Assembly: GCA_950097015.1 (NCBI GenBank)
Contig: CATNEN010000003.1
Location: 372,001-436,000 of the forward strand
DNA: 64,000 nt
Direction: 5' to 3'
DNA from: Macrostomum hystrix
Taxonomy: Eukaryota > Animalia > Platyhelminthes
Of the stretch, positions 52,273 to 64,000 are shown one piece after another. The notes under the pieces are model-generated. The model did no database searches. It was not told where the DNA came from and saw nothing but the letters and a program-made list of their open reading frames with translations. A program made the position numbers and the translations under genes. The first letter of the stretch is position 1. The number at the start of each line of letters is the position of its first letter.

Positions 52273-53929
52273 TTTGTACTCTTGGAAGCTGTTCAATTAA
52301 GCAGATTTTAGCACTCAATAGCGCGAATTCCAGAGCGTGATGACGGGCTTGATTTGCCTGACGAGAGCGAATGAGTAAATGGAAAAGCCAAAGAATGGGA
52401 TGGAGTGGAGCAAAGAGTGCCGTAGACTGTTCAGTCTCCACACTGAGGACTCCTATGGAGCTGCGATGCCAAGGCCTGATGTAGTTTAGCAGCTTGATGG
52501 CGAGTGGGGAGAGGGAACAGGAACTATTTATTGATTTCTAATCCTCACGCGAGGAAGCGGCTGGCTGGCTAGTTTGTTTTTCGAGATGGGCGCTCCAGTT
52601 TTTTGACAGAAGTGAGAGAGGAGCCTCTGGACAAGTGAGAGAGAGAGAGGAAGAGAGAAAGAGGGACTTGGAGATGCGAATGGACTAGCCAATCAGGTGT
52701 CAAAGATTCGACCGACCTCAGCTTCAGCGGAACTCGAGAATAGCTTCGTCCTGCCAGATTGGCAGCTTGCAAGCAGCAAATTCTCTTAGTAGTGATGGTG
52801 ATTTTGTCAAAGAAATTATTTCACAAAACAAAAAGTGCAGAATGATTACCAAGCCTAAATGTGTTTGAGCATCAGCCACTGGTCAAATACGATGCGCAGC
52901 GATTTGATGATCGGTCATTCTGTGCAGCTTAAATTGAAACCCGCACACCAAGCTGACCAGAAAAGTTTGTTTTGGAGGCTGGGATGCTTGGGCCGGACTC
53001 CAAAGAGTTTGGGAACTGATCGCTGTGTCAACAATATGTGCATATATTTAGTTGTCCGATTTCTGCAGCATTGGTAATCTGAAATTTATTTTGATTTTTT
53101 GTGAGGCTAAATGAGTGCCTGGAAGCACATGAAAAGAAGCCAAATATCAAAGACAGACCCCCAGATAGGCCAGAGCCCCATCATCTCCAGCTCTTATTCT
53201 CGTCTCGCTTGTCACTTCTTTCGCTACTTATCCGGGGGGTCTTAATTGCGGGACTCTAAATCCGCCTGGCTGCATTACTCGCTCTAAGCACGTATGCAGG
53301 ACCTGTACTGTATGCAGGAATTGTATATGGAGTCAAGATCTCTGTGCGTCATGTGTGTAATTGATGATTGGCCTGATCTGTTCAGTGAATGCATGATGAC
53401 TCATTGATGAGTTCTCCCGACGCTAATATCCTGTAATAAATAAGTCGATGTCTTTATCAGATATATTGCCATTTAGCTAGCTTCTGTTGACTAAAGGACC
53501 AACGAAGGCAATCATGCAGGACAGTAAAAAAGTTTAAGCCACATCGCTTTCTAAGCGATTCGCTTCATGCTATTTCGTCACTTAATCACTGTGGAAGGAT
53601 GAAAATGGAACTTATGCGCCCAGACAGTTGCACAACGTGCAATTGGAACGTCCAGAGGGAACTCACAAGGCTTTCGGGATGAGAAGAGCTGCCGGGAGCT
53701 GCGACCGTCGCCTCTTTGAGGACAGTGGCAAGGAGATAAAGATACGGAGCAATTGGGAAAGGGAAGTGTGCCGAAGGGAAGAGAATATCATTATCGCAAA
53801 CGGGAAACTGAACCGATAAATCATTCCAACCCATTACTTACAGTCTATCCTTTCAATGCATGGTTACAGTTTCATATCTCTTGATATGGCCTTTCATCTG
53901 CTTGAGTAGGTGAATGAGTTGATTATTTT

Positions 53930-54758
53930 TTGCAGTGTGACAAAAATGGAACCAGTCCTGTGTCAGTTCGCAGTGTTTACATTTCTGTGCTAGATCGCTT
54001 TTATGGCGTATGATCAACTGAAGACTGACGTGCTTGGCTTCAGAAGCTATTTAACTTTTCAGAAGCTCAAAGATAACCACTCATAGTACAAGCTAACGAT
54101 AGAGTAGAAGGACAACAACAGCAAATATCCCCTTTCGACGGAAAGTCGACATTCATGAGGGAAATGAAGCATCCGGCAAAGACTTGGCAAGGGTAATAAA
54201 GTTTGACGTGTCAGCGGATAACATGTATGGTACACCTTGGATGGATTACTATGCAAAAAAGATGCACTACGTCAATGCAAGCGTGCCACACGTCCCCGCA
54301 AATTTGACAAAAATACTAAAAAAATTATCGTACTCGAGAAATGCTACTAGCAGTAAATACTCGTAGATAGAGTTTCTTGTATTTAGACAAAATACGTACC
54401 AGCAAGTTTGAAGTTAATAGTTCATTTAAACAAAAGTTCTCAAGTTTCATAAATCAAATGAACTGGATTTATCAAGTTATACTTACTTGAGGACTTTTTA
54501 AGCAAAAAAATTTGCTGTCAAATGTACAGAGAAAATCATACTAGATCAGAACAATATATAATTTGTTTTAACTGACTAAAAAGTGTGTTAGACGATTGAC
54601 ACTATATTTTTTAGATTTATTAAACAATAAAAAACTATGCAAATCTGCTGCTGTCCTTAGTCAAGCGGGTCGGTTGCAGTGTGACAAAAAATGGAACCAG
54701 TCCTGTGTCCAGTTCGCAGTGTTTACATTTCTGTGCTAGATCGCTTTTATGGCGTATG
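53930..54758 (+). repeat. Two near-identical 83/85-bp direct repeats (53930-54012, 54674-54758) around a 661-bp unique core
   Basis: TTGCAGTGTGACAAAAA(A)TGGAACCAGTCCTGTGTC(C)AGTTCG...TTATGGCGTATG. The copies differ only by two 1-nt indels. Confidence 0.9.
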
Positions 54759-56590
54759 GCAGTAATTTAGTCTGCAAATTGAAAATATACATAGAAAAGA
54801 GTTGCTTGGGAGCACAGCTGAGGGTTAAGGAAAGTTGTTGCATTGGTGCGGCTGCCTCCTACTGTGGCCCAACTAAAATGCGACGGCCCATGCAAACAGA
54901 AGGTAGAAGCAGCCGCTCTAGTGTTTGAGTGGCTTTGTATCAGTCTCTTACATTTCTTCTTTTCGTTTTTTTCTTCATCCAGTCATCAATTTAGTGGCGC
55001 CTCACAGCGGAGCTGCAGCTGCTAAAAATCTGCTGAAAAACAGTTCATTTTTGCAAATGCTGTCTAACCGATGCAGCATTCACAGTAACCTTATACAATA
55101 ATGGGCCCTTATGGTTGTGGAATATATAGCCAGTGGAATACACAAGTAAGAGTTTTACTGTCCGTTAAGAGACAGGCTCTGAGCGGTCATATTTAAATTT
55201 TAGCCTGCCGACGCACGCCTCGATTGTCAGGAATAAAAGAAGCATTGTGAGTCTTACTTACGAGTCATTTCTAGGCAGATGCAAGACAGGAAAGTTACCA
55301 GACAGATAGCTTGAGATACTAAATGCGCAAATCTAGTCGCATTGTGAGTGCGTCTTTTATGCGGCTCGGACTGCGAGTTGCACTTTTATTGTGAAACACA
55401 GAAACCGACGAGTTTCATGCGCTGTTTTTTTCTTTATTTAAAGATCGGTCAGTCAAGCACTCGTAAACAATTCCGCGGCTCCTAGTGTGATTGTACTCTT
55501 CTTACCCGTCCGGAAGTACTTCCAAACGATGAAAAAACTTAAGTTGTCTGGGAGACACTTCGCACCTTAGCAACTACTTCGTTTGTTGTAGCAAGAGCTG
55601 GAGTTGCTTGGCAGGATAGCAATTTCTGTAGCCGTCAATCGCCTGATCGCCTCCTGAAAGCAGATTATTTTCCATCCGCAAATCAAAATTCAGTTTACGT
55701 GGACTCCTCTTTCATCTTCCTTAGCATTGAGCACTGATCTGAGTGTGCTCTGCCTGAGACTTCCGTTCCAATTGTTGGACCTCAACAACAAAGGGAATGG
55801 CTGGAAAAAAGATCTTGTCAAAAGAGCACCACAGCAGCGGGCCACAATGAGAAAGGAGACCAATGAAAGAATCAACACAGATCAATTGTACGCGTCCGGT
55901 TCTGCCAACAAGCCGGAACATAGCGAAGTGTCAAATGTTGGCCGGATGCGTTGTGTGCATGCTCACATTTGCATACTACGGCTTGTAGTAAGCAGTTTGG
56001 AGTCTATTTTCGTGAACTCTAATACGAGAATAAACCAATACCCGTGTATGTACAGAGCAACTATGTTAGGCGCAGTTGCAGTCAGTGCGAATATAGTCAA
56101 CACAACTTGGAGATTTTGATAGAAGACTAATATAGATTTAGTTTACAGTAGGAACGGAGACATGATGTAAATTCACAATCGAGGAGAATGGGGCATTTTG
56201 CCTACGAATTCGAATATGTCACAGAACGGAAACCTCGCATTTAAGAGAAAACGCGCTTTAAGAGCCCTGAAAGTGATGTGTCTTTGCCAATGAGAGTCCA
56301 CTGAGTCGTGCTTGAACTGCTCTTTAACGAGAACATTTTCGAGAATTTGTGCTCTATAATAGTTCTTCCTCGCGACAGGAAGTAAATATAAGCCGTGAAA
56401 TATGAGTGGACATGCTTAAAAGTAATGAGACTAACAATCTATAGCTACAAATTTACAGTGAAATTGCAGGCTCGCCCCTACAATACACCTTGAGGACTTT
56501 TTCAAGTCGTATGGTTCCGTATCACACTCGTATAAAGTCTCAGCTTTCACTTGCCAGGCTATCAGCCATTCAAGTCAGTCACCCCGACAA

Positions 56591-57922
56591 TCATTCCTCC
56601 TCATCGTCATCGTCAGCTTCGTCTAGCGCTGGCAGCGCCGGATCGCCGAGAGCTCTCTTGAGCAGGTGGCGGGCTCGCCGCAGCCAGAAGAAGTAGCTCA
56701 CCCTGTCGAAGCAGCGCTGCACCGGCTGCTGCTGATCGTCCAGCTGTCCGAAAACGGCCTCGCTGGTGATGCAAACCATTCGCTTAGCCAGCCCATGTGC
56801 CAGCTGCTGCACTTCTATCTCGGTGGTAGCTCCCGCCAGGTCCTCCCTGGCCACTGCCTTGGCCAGCCGGTCCGTTTCGTCTCGCAATTGTTCGACATCC
56901 TGTGGCACGGCGAGCTGAACGTTCTTGTCAAAGCAGACCAATACAAGGGTGAGGTTATCTCGACTGCCTGCCTCCAGCGCGCATTGCACAAGGTCGCGGC
57001 AGACGGTCTGAACCGATGAGCGTCGCTGTAGCTGTCTTACTGCGAATTCGCAAACTTCTTCCGTGGTGAAAACGTCCCAGAGGCCATCGCTTGCTAGTGC
57101 AGCTACGCGCTCCTGACCTTTGACGAAGTATGTTCCGTGGTTTATTGACGGTTCGGCTGTAACCAAGTTGTGTAGATCGTCACCCTTGAAGTCATAGTCA
57201 CCGAACGCTCTTGTGACCATCAGGCCATGGCCTAGCTTGTCGTGCGGTTTGCGCAGGCCCCGATCACGGTCCATCTCGTAGCGCATGCCTTCGAAGCGTT
57301 TCCGCTCGGCTCGAATCTCTACCGTGCTGAGCTCCTTGTTGAGAATGTGCGCCACCGAGTGGTCCACTGTGACGCGGTTGTAATAGTTGCCATAGTCTAT
57401 GTACACAACACCGCGGCTGTCACCGCAGTTGGCTAGCAGTAGGTGCCGCCGGCAAATGAGCAAGATGACTGCCGTGCTGCCGCACGAGTCAGCTCGGTTT
57501 CGCTGGTAGTCGATCTCTCTCCGAATCTTGCGATCGTAGTCCAAGAACAGTCGACGCAGACAGTCGCGATAGTCGCAAATGGGACTCTGCTGCGCCAGAA
57601 GATTCGTGAGCTGCTCGTCGTTGATCAGATACTCCAGGAAGCTGTACTTTTCTTTGACGCAGAACGAGGACACCCAGTCACCGCCGTGGCCGTCGTAGAC
57701 GGCAAAGAATGACGCATCCCCATAGACAGAATGTCCTGAGCGCACACTAGCCCTGGCCGTGTACCTGTCCTCCATGTGAGGCCGGTAGCCTTGAACGGTG
57801 CAGACACCGTAGCTGAGCCCGTTGCCGCATCCACCGGAACATGAGTAGTTAAGAACCGGCTGCACCAGGAGCTCATTCTGGGACTGGCGCCTCGGGCGGA
57901 CTAGCTTAGCCGCACCATTCAT
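56591..57922 (-). CDS. Intronless PP2C/PPM-family Ser/Thr phosphatase, PPM1A/1B-like but divergent; 443 aa
   Basis: All PP2C motifs occur in order: QGYRPHMED, FFAVYDGHGG, GSTA, NCGDSRG, DH, TRAFGDYDFK, VTAEP, LASDGLWDV, GSRDN. Confidence 0.92.
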   Translation of the reverse strand: MNGAAKLVRPRRQSQNELLVQPVLNYSCSGGCGNGLSYGVCTVQGYRPHMEDRYTARASVRSGHSVYGDASFFAVYDGHGGDWVSSFCVKEKYSFLEYLINDEQLTNLLAQQSPICDYRDCLRRLFLDYDRKIRREIDYQRNRADSCGSTAVILLICRRHLLLANCGDSRGVVYIDYGNYYNRVTVDHSVAHILNKELSTVEIRAERKRFEGMRYEMDRDRGLRKPHDKLGHGLMVTRAFGDYDFKGDDLHNLVTAEPSINHGTYFVKGQERVAALASDGLWDVFTTEEVCEFAVRQLQRRSSVQTVCRDLVQCALEAGSRDNLTLVLVCFDKNVQLAVPQDVEQLRDETDRLAKAVAREDLAGATTEIEVQQLAHGLAKRMVCITSEAVFGQLDDQQQPVQRCFDRVSYFFWLRRARHLLKRALGDPALPALDEADDDDEEE

Positions 57923-60900
57923 GCCAGCCGGTGTTGCAGTAGATTTCAGACTTTTTCGTGGATTTTTTTATTACTATTCTTTCTTTTTCTACCTATATTC
58001 TACTTATATATTGCCTCTTCTCAGCATTAGGTATTTAAACAGTTTTGTTTATGAGTTCAATTTATATATCAGCCTGGCTGCTATGCAGCGGAGGGCGGAG
58101 TGGCCTAGAGGGGGTTGACAGCCGAGGTCTGTACTGGCTCTGCACCTAGTCTCTACTCCTTTCTCTCCCTTACTTTAGCTGTTTGAATGCACAACCTCAA
58201 ACTGTGAGCAGAGAAGTAGATGCGAGAGCTAGCACAAAAGAAGAATGACGGAGCGAGTTCCACCGTTCTGAAGCCTATTCTGTGACGGAGTGCGCACTCA
58301 AAATGACAAGAAGAGCGAGTCAGGGAGACTGAGAGACCCGACAAAGCTCAAGCATTTTGGGCCATAGTGGAGCGACGCAATGCCGACCGAAATAAAGAGG
58401 TAAGTTGAAGCGATGGCGGGATGGCTGTCAGTGAGGGAGGCCGCCTGACTATTCTCTCTTCCGATGTGTCTTTCATTCACTTTGCTTCCCTTCTACCTCT
58501 AATATTTCCCGATTGCTGCTCACGCTGAGATGAGGTTGGTGGGACTGAAGCGGCTTCTCTAACCCAACCTCTTATCTGCCGTGCTACCTTCTGGACGCGG
58601 TGTGCATTCGCCAATGCGTCCTCTCTCCGTTGAAAAAATGTACACGGGGCGCAATCCGACTCAGCCGATAGACCGGGGGGCCAGAGTAGTCAGGGTGTGT
58701 GTTGTGGACATAAGCGGGGCAGCCACCCTACCTGCTCACGTGATGCAGACTACACAAGAGAATATTGTTGGGATAGGAATGAGGTGTTGGCTGGTAGAGC
58801 ACAAATCTATGAAAATAAAAAGGTCTACCTAAACACACTCTCCGTTGGAATAGTTATGCTCAATGAGCCTTCAAAATGAGGGCTTCAAAGCTCGTGCTCA
58901 GCTCAGTGTTGGCGCAATGCAAGCCATCGGCTTTGGTTCGTTAATTGCAACCACACCCACTCAAAGCATATAGGCTGGAGGCCAATAAAATAATCAAACC
59001 AGATGTCTTGACGGCGAGAAAAACTCCGTATTTTTATTCAATGTAAGATTAAAAAACTATATAAACTATGCATATAAGCATATTTTAAGGCTATACAAGC
59101 CTACGATCTTACGACTGGATCGCAGGTAGCAGGCACTGTCGCAAATTTGTGATGACAACTAAAAAGAAACCATCTGACCAATACGATTAGCGATGCCTAA
59201 AGATAGCGACAGTAAATATGGCGTTAGAAGCATTGTGCGCTTTTACTCTAAAATATATTTTCATAGCTCTAGAAAGCAAAATTTTAAAAGCTAATTCTGC
59301 CTGCAGTTGCATTTCGCTTTGATAGACTTCTAAAAAAGATTTCCAAATATAGATGCTTTTCAGTGTCATTTGAAGAAATTCAGTCGGTCGTCAGGGGCAG
59401 ATCCCAGATAAAAAGGATCAAGTACTCGATTCGATTTAGAAATTTATCCCAAAGATGATTGTGCCTTGCAAAAGAAAGTCACTCGAAAAAACAAATGCCT
59501 GTAGTAGGAACGATGATAAATGAGGCCACTAGGGGGTCAAGGCATTCGAATGGGGTATTCACTGTCTAATAAGGGGTGCAGTTTTTCAGAAGATGCGCCA
59601 GCTTTGTTCAGAGCCAGGGAGAGAGAAAATGGGATTTCTCCGTAACCTAGTGGTGCATGCCATGCCAAGGGAGATTCTTGCGGCGCAGATGGGGATAGGT
59701 GGAGCCAGGATTCCATCCGCCGACTGTCGGCAGGCAGGGAGGAACAGAAGAGCGAAATCGATTTCTGGCCGGGCCGCGGTTCGAACTGCTGGTGCGAGAA
59801 AGGGTTCTGATCCCTCCATTCAGTCCTAACTAATGTGCGTTAGAAGATTTCCAATGGCTTTTATGCGAGCAGTACTGCTGCTGCCTAACTATGGCGGTTA
59901 AGCCTACCCTCGACTCCCATCTTTTTGCATTGAAAAACGTTCGAGCCCCTGGTTGGGCAGCCCCTGGTTGGGCAGTCATCAATTCATTCAGGAGCGTCCG
60001 CTTCGTGTGGCTTATTTTTCTCTTCTTTCCTTCCCGTTTCTTTTCTTATTTTATACGTTCTCGCTTCCATGGTAGACGCAACGGGCTTTTCTTCCTTCCA
60101 AGTTTTTCCACTTTTCTTACTATCCTTTCTCTCTCGCTCTCTCGCACAGTTTCGCCTATCAAATCCGCGTCTATACGGACGCTCGTCCGCCACCCACGGC
60201 AGTGGCAGTGGCACGGACGCCTTTAAGCTGCCTTTGTAAGGGAAGAAGCTTTCAAAGGCGTCCAGAATTCGCCGATTCTGAACCTTCTTTAGTTTCCTGA
60301 GAGACTAATTCAAAATTCGCCAGCGATTTTGCTACAAATTAAGGAAGAGAGAGTAAAGGTAGAAATCCTTCTGGCTGGACCTTAGGCTCAAGCATTTTCT
60401 CTGAGAACTCTACTCTCTAGCACAGAGCACCGATGTGCGCCTATCCAGTGAGGCTTTATAGAAATTCTTGCCTGACTTCTTGGGGATTTCGACTGCAAGG
60501 CGGAGCCGATCTGCACACTCCGATCATTGTGCAGCGAGTGAGTCACTTTCTGTGTCTTTTATTATTTTGACTCGCTCACTTCAGTCTATAAAGTTCAAAG
60601 TGTGTTGTTTGCAAGGGAGCTAATAGCCCCTTCCGATCGAGAGGTGCATCAGAAGCCCTTCAGTTCACCCGGATATGAAAGCGGTGCCAGGATCTGTTGA
60701 GTAGAAATTTGGGTGGGTGTGGCCTCTTCAGTCCACGGACTGAACAGCTGTACACGGTTTATTTTAGCCTGATGGACAGCCTGCGGCAGCCTATCGCAGC
60801 TATGGTACCTATCCAAAGGCTGTGTACGCGAGTACACAAGTATTGTACACGAGTACATGTAGAATGACGTGGAGGGATCTACTCATTAGCCAGCTAGCCG

Positions 60901-61718
60901 TTTGCAGTTTAATTTTCACTTTCTACGCACGCAACATATAGTTTAACATATTGATTTTGGCTATCCCTATTAAAAAACTGTCTAGTTGTTTCATTTTAAT
61001 TGTTATATAAAAATGCGTGAGTTAAATAATTATGATCAAAACACAAGTACGAGTAAAGACGTAGTAATATTCGTTTCGTGTTACTAAAATCCCGAAAATT
61101 TTGGAGGAGCAACCTAGGGTACAAAGCTCAACATGTCTGGCATTTGCTTTTGAAGTACCTGCAATTTGTTTTAAACCTTGTACCGTATAACCTTTTGCCA
61201 ACCAGCTGACATCAGTCCTCCTGTTCGCCGCAGGTTTTCGCAGGCAGTCCAGCGGAAGGTCAGCTCCAAAGAGGCGACATCCTGACAGGCATTGAGAACT
61301 ATGACGCCACATGCATGCTTCACAGTGAAGCCCAAGAACTCATCCGTTCCAGTGGCAACACCATTTCACTCAATGTCAAACGGTGAGTAGTCTTGATGGA
61401 CATGCCTGTTTTGAGTTGTCATTGAGGAAAAATATAAAAGCTGCGTGATTTAAGCCAGGGAAGTGGTTTCACAATAATTACGACCGTTTAATGTATTCAA
61501 TTTTACTTTTTGAGAGACCTTATGAATATTTTAAATTATATATACACGTAATGATAAAAACAACGCAAGAGAAAATTTCTCACTGTTTGACGTTAGGATT
61601 TCTCAAGAAGTTTGGACGTTCTCTCGCGTTATTGTACAACTCAGACGAAAATTTATTCAATTAAAACAAAAATCAAGGCTGCGAGCTTCAAGATATGGGA
61701 ACTTTGAGATATGCGAAA

Positions 61719-62060
61719 GGGGGTCGGTGGCAGAGCGGTATCGCGTTTGCCTCTCGCACCACGGTCCCTAAGTTCGATTCCACGGCGGGGCCACATTTAT
61801 TTAGTGCGCAGCCGCGGAGAGAAGGCTTTGGGGCTTGTCGTGCAATTTACGCCCTTGAGGGCCAACCTTCAAGGCACAGTGAAATGTACACTGCCTGACG
61901 ATGAGAAAGTCCGGGCAGATGTACACACCTGTGTGAGCGTGTGTGCTCAGGAGTCTGTGAAATGGGCAGAATTGCCTCCTCGCTGGCTGCGGGTCTAGTG
62001 TCACCAAATGATGTAGCTCGTACCATTGCCCGCAGCCCTCCTGCAATTATTATTATTATT
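61719..62060 (+). mobile_element. Full-length tRNA-derived SINE (about 340 bp)
   Basis: tRNA-like head GGGGGTCGG with A box TGGCAGAGCGG and B box GTTCGATTCC, the conserved family body, and an (ATT)n tail. Confidence 0.88.
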
Positions 62061-62549
62061 GTATATAGATATGCGCTATTTGAGATATGCGAGCTTTGAT
62101 ATTTGCGTGCTTTGATATATGCGAGCTTTGAGTTTTCTCTAGACAGCAATAGCATACTTTGATATAATTCAGATTCCAATGTGTAGAAATCATCTTGGTG
62201 CAGTGCCAATAAATGCAGTACAAAGATGCAGCACGTTGCTAATTGAATAATTTTTATATCCATTGAATAGTGGCCCTTCTTACCAATGGTGTTTATTAGC
62301 TGCAACGGACTGGCACCTATTTATTTATATGTTTAATTCCTGCGGGCTTCTGCATTCGCTCGGTTCTGGAAAGTGACCTTTTCATCTTCCCAGGTAGGAT
62401 TAGGCCTCTCTGTTTTTGTAGCCATGAGATTAATTTGCTACAAGTGGAATGCTGCACTTTTGGTGTCTTCTTTCCTGGTGGCAGCGGACTATTATTGGCT
62501 CTGCAAATAGGGACTGAAATGATCTTATCACACTACTGAGTTAAGTATC

Positions 62550-62988
62550 ATGCTGAAATATATCGATCCGATACATTACCCACGGTAAATAAAGCCTAAT
62601 TTAAAACGTGTTATGATTCTGATTGTGAACTTATTTATTATAAGATTGGCGTCACGATTTCAGGCCACAGGGCGGCCGAGTCACCCGCGGTCAGAGTGTC
62701 GGACCCTTAGGCCGTCAGTTGGCCGCGGCCGGTTCTTCCTTCCAGCAAAACCAGCTCTTCCACCAGCCACAGCACGAGTACAAGCTCCAGCACCACCAGC
62801 CACAGCAGCAACAGCCAGTGCGTCAGCATCGACAAGATCAGTACAATGTGTACGTTGGTGGACAAAACCAGAGGCAGAGAAGCGAAAGCGCTGCACAATA
62901 CGACGGCTGGCAGAGACAGCAGCAGCAGCAGCAGCAGAGAAACACTATTTCCGTTGCAGCCTACGACGGCTATTTAGCGAGAGATGAG
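62550..62988 (+). CDS. First two coding exons (62550-62584, 62664-62988) of an unidentified Gln-rich protein that continues downstream
   Basis: MLKYIDPIHYPR|PQGGRVTRGQSVG...HHQPQQQQPVRQ...YDGYLARDE. A 79-bp phase-2 GTAAAT..TTTCAG intron joins the exons, and a strong GAG|GTAAGA donor follows at 62989. Confidence 0.55.
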
Positions 62989-63040
62989 GTAAGAACTTTT
63001 GCTAACAATTATTTATTGAACTGTCCCTTTCTTCGAAAGG

Positions 63041-63328
63041 GTGATTGCAGGCCTACAGATTACAGCTTCGGACTTCTGACCGAGAGCTCATGATTATTTT
63101 GTGTCCTTTCCCTAGTGCTGGATACGAGCATCATCTGTGATTGCAGGCCTACAGATTACAGCTTCGGACTTCTGACCGAGAGCTCATGATTATTTTGTGT
63201 CCTTTCCCTAGTGCTGGATACGAGCATCATCTGTGATTGCAGGCCTACAGATTACAGCTTCGGACTTCTGACCGAGAGCTCATGATTATTTTGTGTCCTT
63301 TCCCTAGTACTGGATACGAGCATCATCT
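63041..63328. repeat. 96-bp unit, 3 near-perfect tandem copies
   Basis: GTGATTGCAGGCCTACAG... starts at 63041, 63137 and 63233. Confidence 0.95.
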
Positions 63329-64000
63329 GGGGTAAAATTCTGGGTTTGTGGCGGTCTCTCCAGTGGCCTTTCCAGTCCACCGACTGAACAGCTGTACACA
63401 CAGTCTCTGGAAGCGTGCTGGTCGCAGCTGGTTGGATATTTGGGGTCGGCATAGTAAATGGGGTCACTGAGAGTGGCACAACTGCTTTGCTCATTTCTTA
63501 GATAGATCAAGTAAGTCTGTGTCGAGTTTTTTTTAATAAAACTTAAAATAGAAACCCAACACTCCTTACTTTGTACTAAAAGTAGTGCAAATATTATATT
63601 TTCATTAAAATACACTTGTAATTGCTGATTATTCGATTCGCATTGGCTTGTCTAAACACAAACTCGTAGAATCTCGATAAAGGAAATCCTGCTATCAGAT
63701 TAGAGATTGTGGGCAACCAAATAGGAAGCGATGTTTTTCAATCGAAATTCCAACGAGGCCAACATACCCTTTCGCTCGATCTTCTTGGCCTCTGAGAGTG
63801 GGGAAGTGGGAAAGCAAACCAGTAATAGCCACCTCTAATGCACTGAAAAAGGATTGCATTCCGTAAGAATCAATCTTGACGAAATGGGCCCACAAGCAAA
63901 TAGGTGCAGTTGGCACTCTCTGGGAAGATTTAGTGCCCCAAAGTAGTGGATCAACACGTCTTTACATGCAAACTGATGCTTCTCAGTAGACTTTTTTGTT

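Noticed and set aside
59524-59540. CCACTAGGGGG, a CTCF-like motif
   Set aside because: A single imperfect motif with no supporting context.
61719-61795. Functional tRNA gene
   Set aside because: It runs into the SINE body, has an imperfect cloverleaf, and occurs as several decayed copies.

Overview
Eukaryotic (animal) genomic DNA with GT-AG introns. The intronic minisatellites and CAG/poly-Gln tracts suggest a flatworm such as Macrostomum, but this is inference only. Six genes lie on the minus strand; for the five spliced ones I built exon chains by hand and checked the phases. They are RPS14 (150 aa), MRPL39 (369 aa), an ERG/KCNH2-6-7-family K+ channel (10 coding exons, about 867 aa), a two-exon neuropeptide precursor missed as a whole by the ORF track (signal peptide plus 7x RHSFL-G and 1x RHGFL-G between KR sites), a PCTAIRE kinase (CDK16/17/18 family, 7 exons, about 588 aa), and an intronless PP2C/PPM1A-B-like phosphatase. 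The first two exons of an unidentified Gln-rich gene start on the plus strand near the window end. Non-coding DNA holds more than 15 different tandem arrays (some with higher-order structure), a tRNA-headed SINE family (4 good copies plus fragments), and a nest of MITEs, two with 8-bp target-site duplications. The best leads are the RHSFLamide precursor and an ERG channel that seems to lack the PAS/eag domain and naturally carries the equivalents of hERG S620T and Y652S. There is no CRISPR array, and the long repetitive ORFs in the track are artefacts of the tandem arrays.
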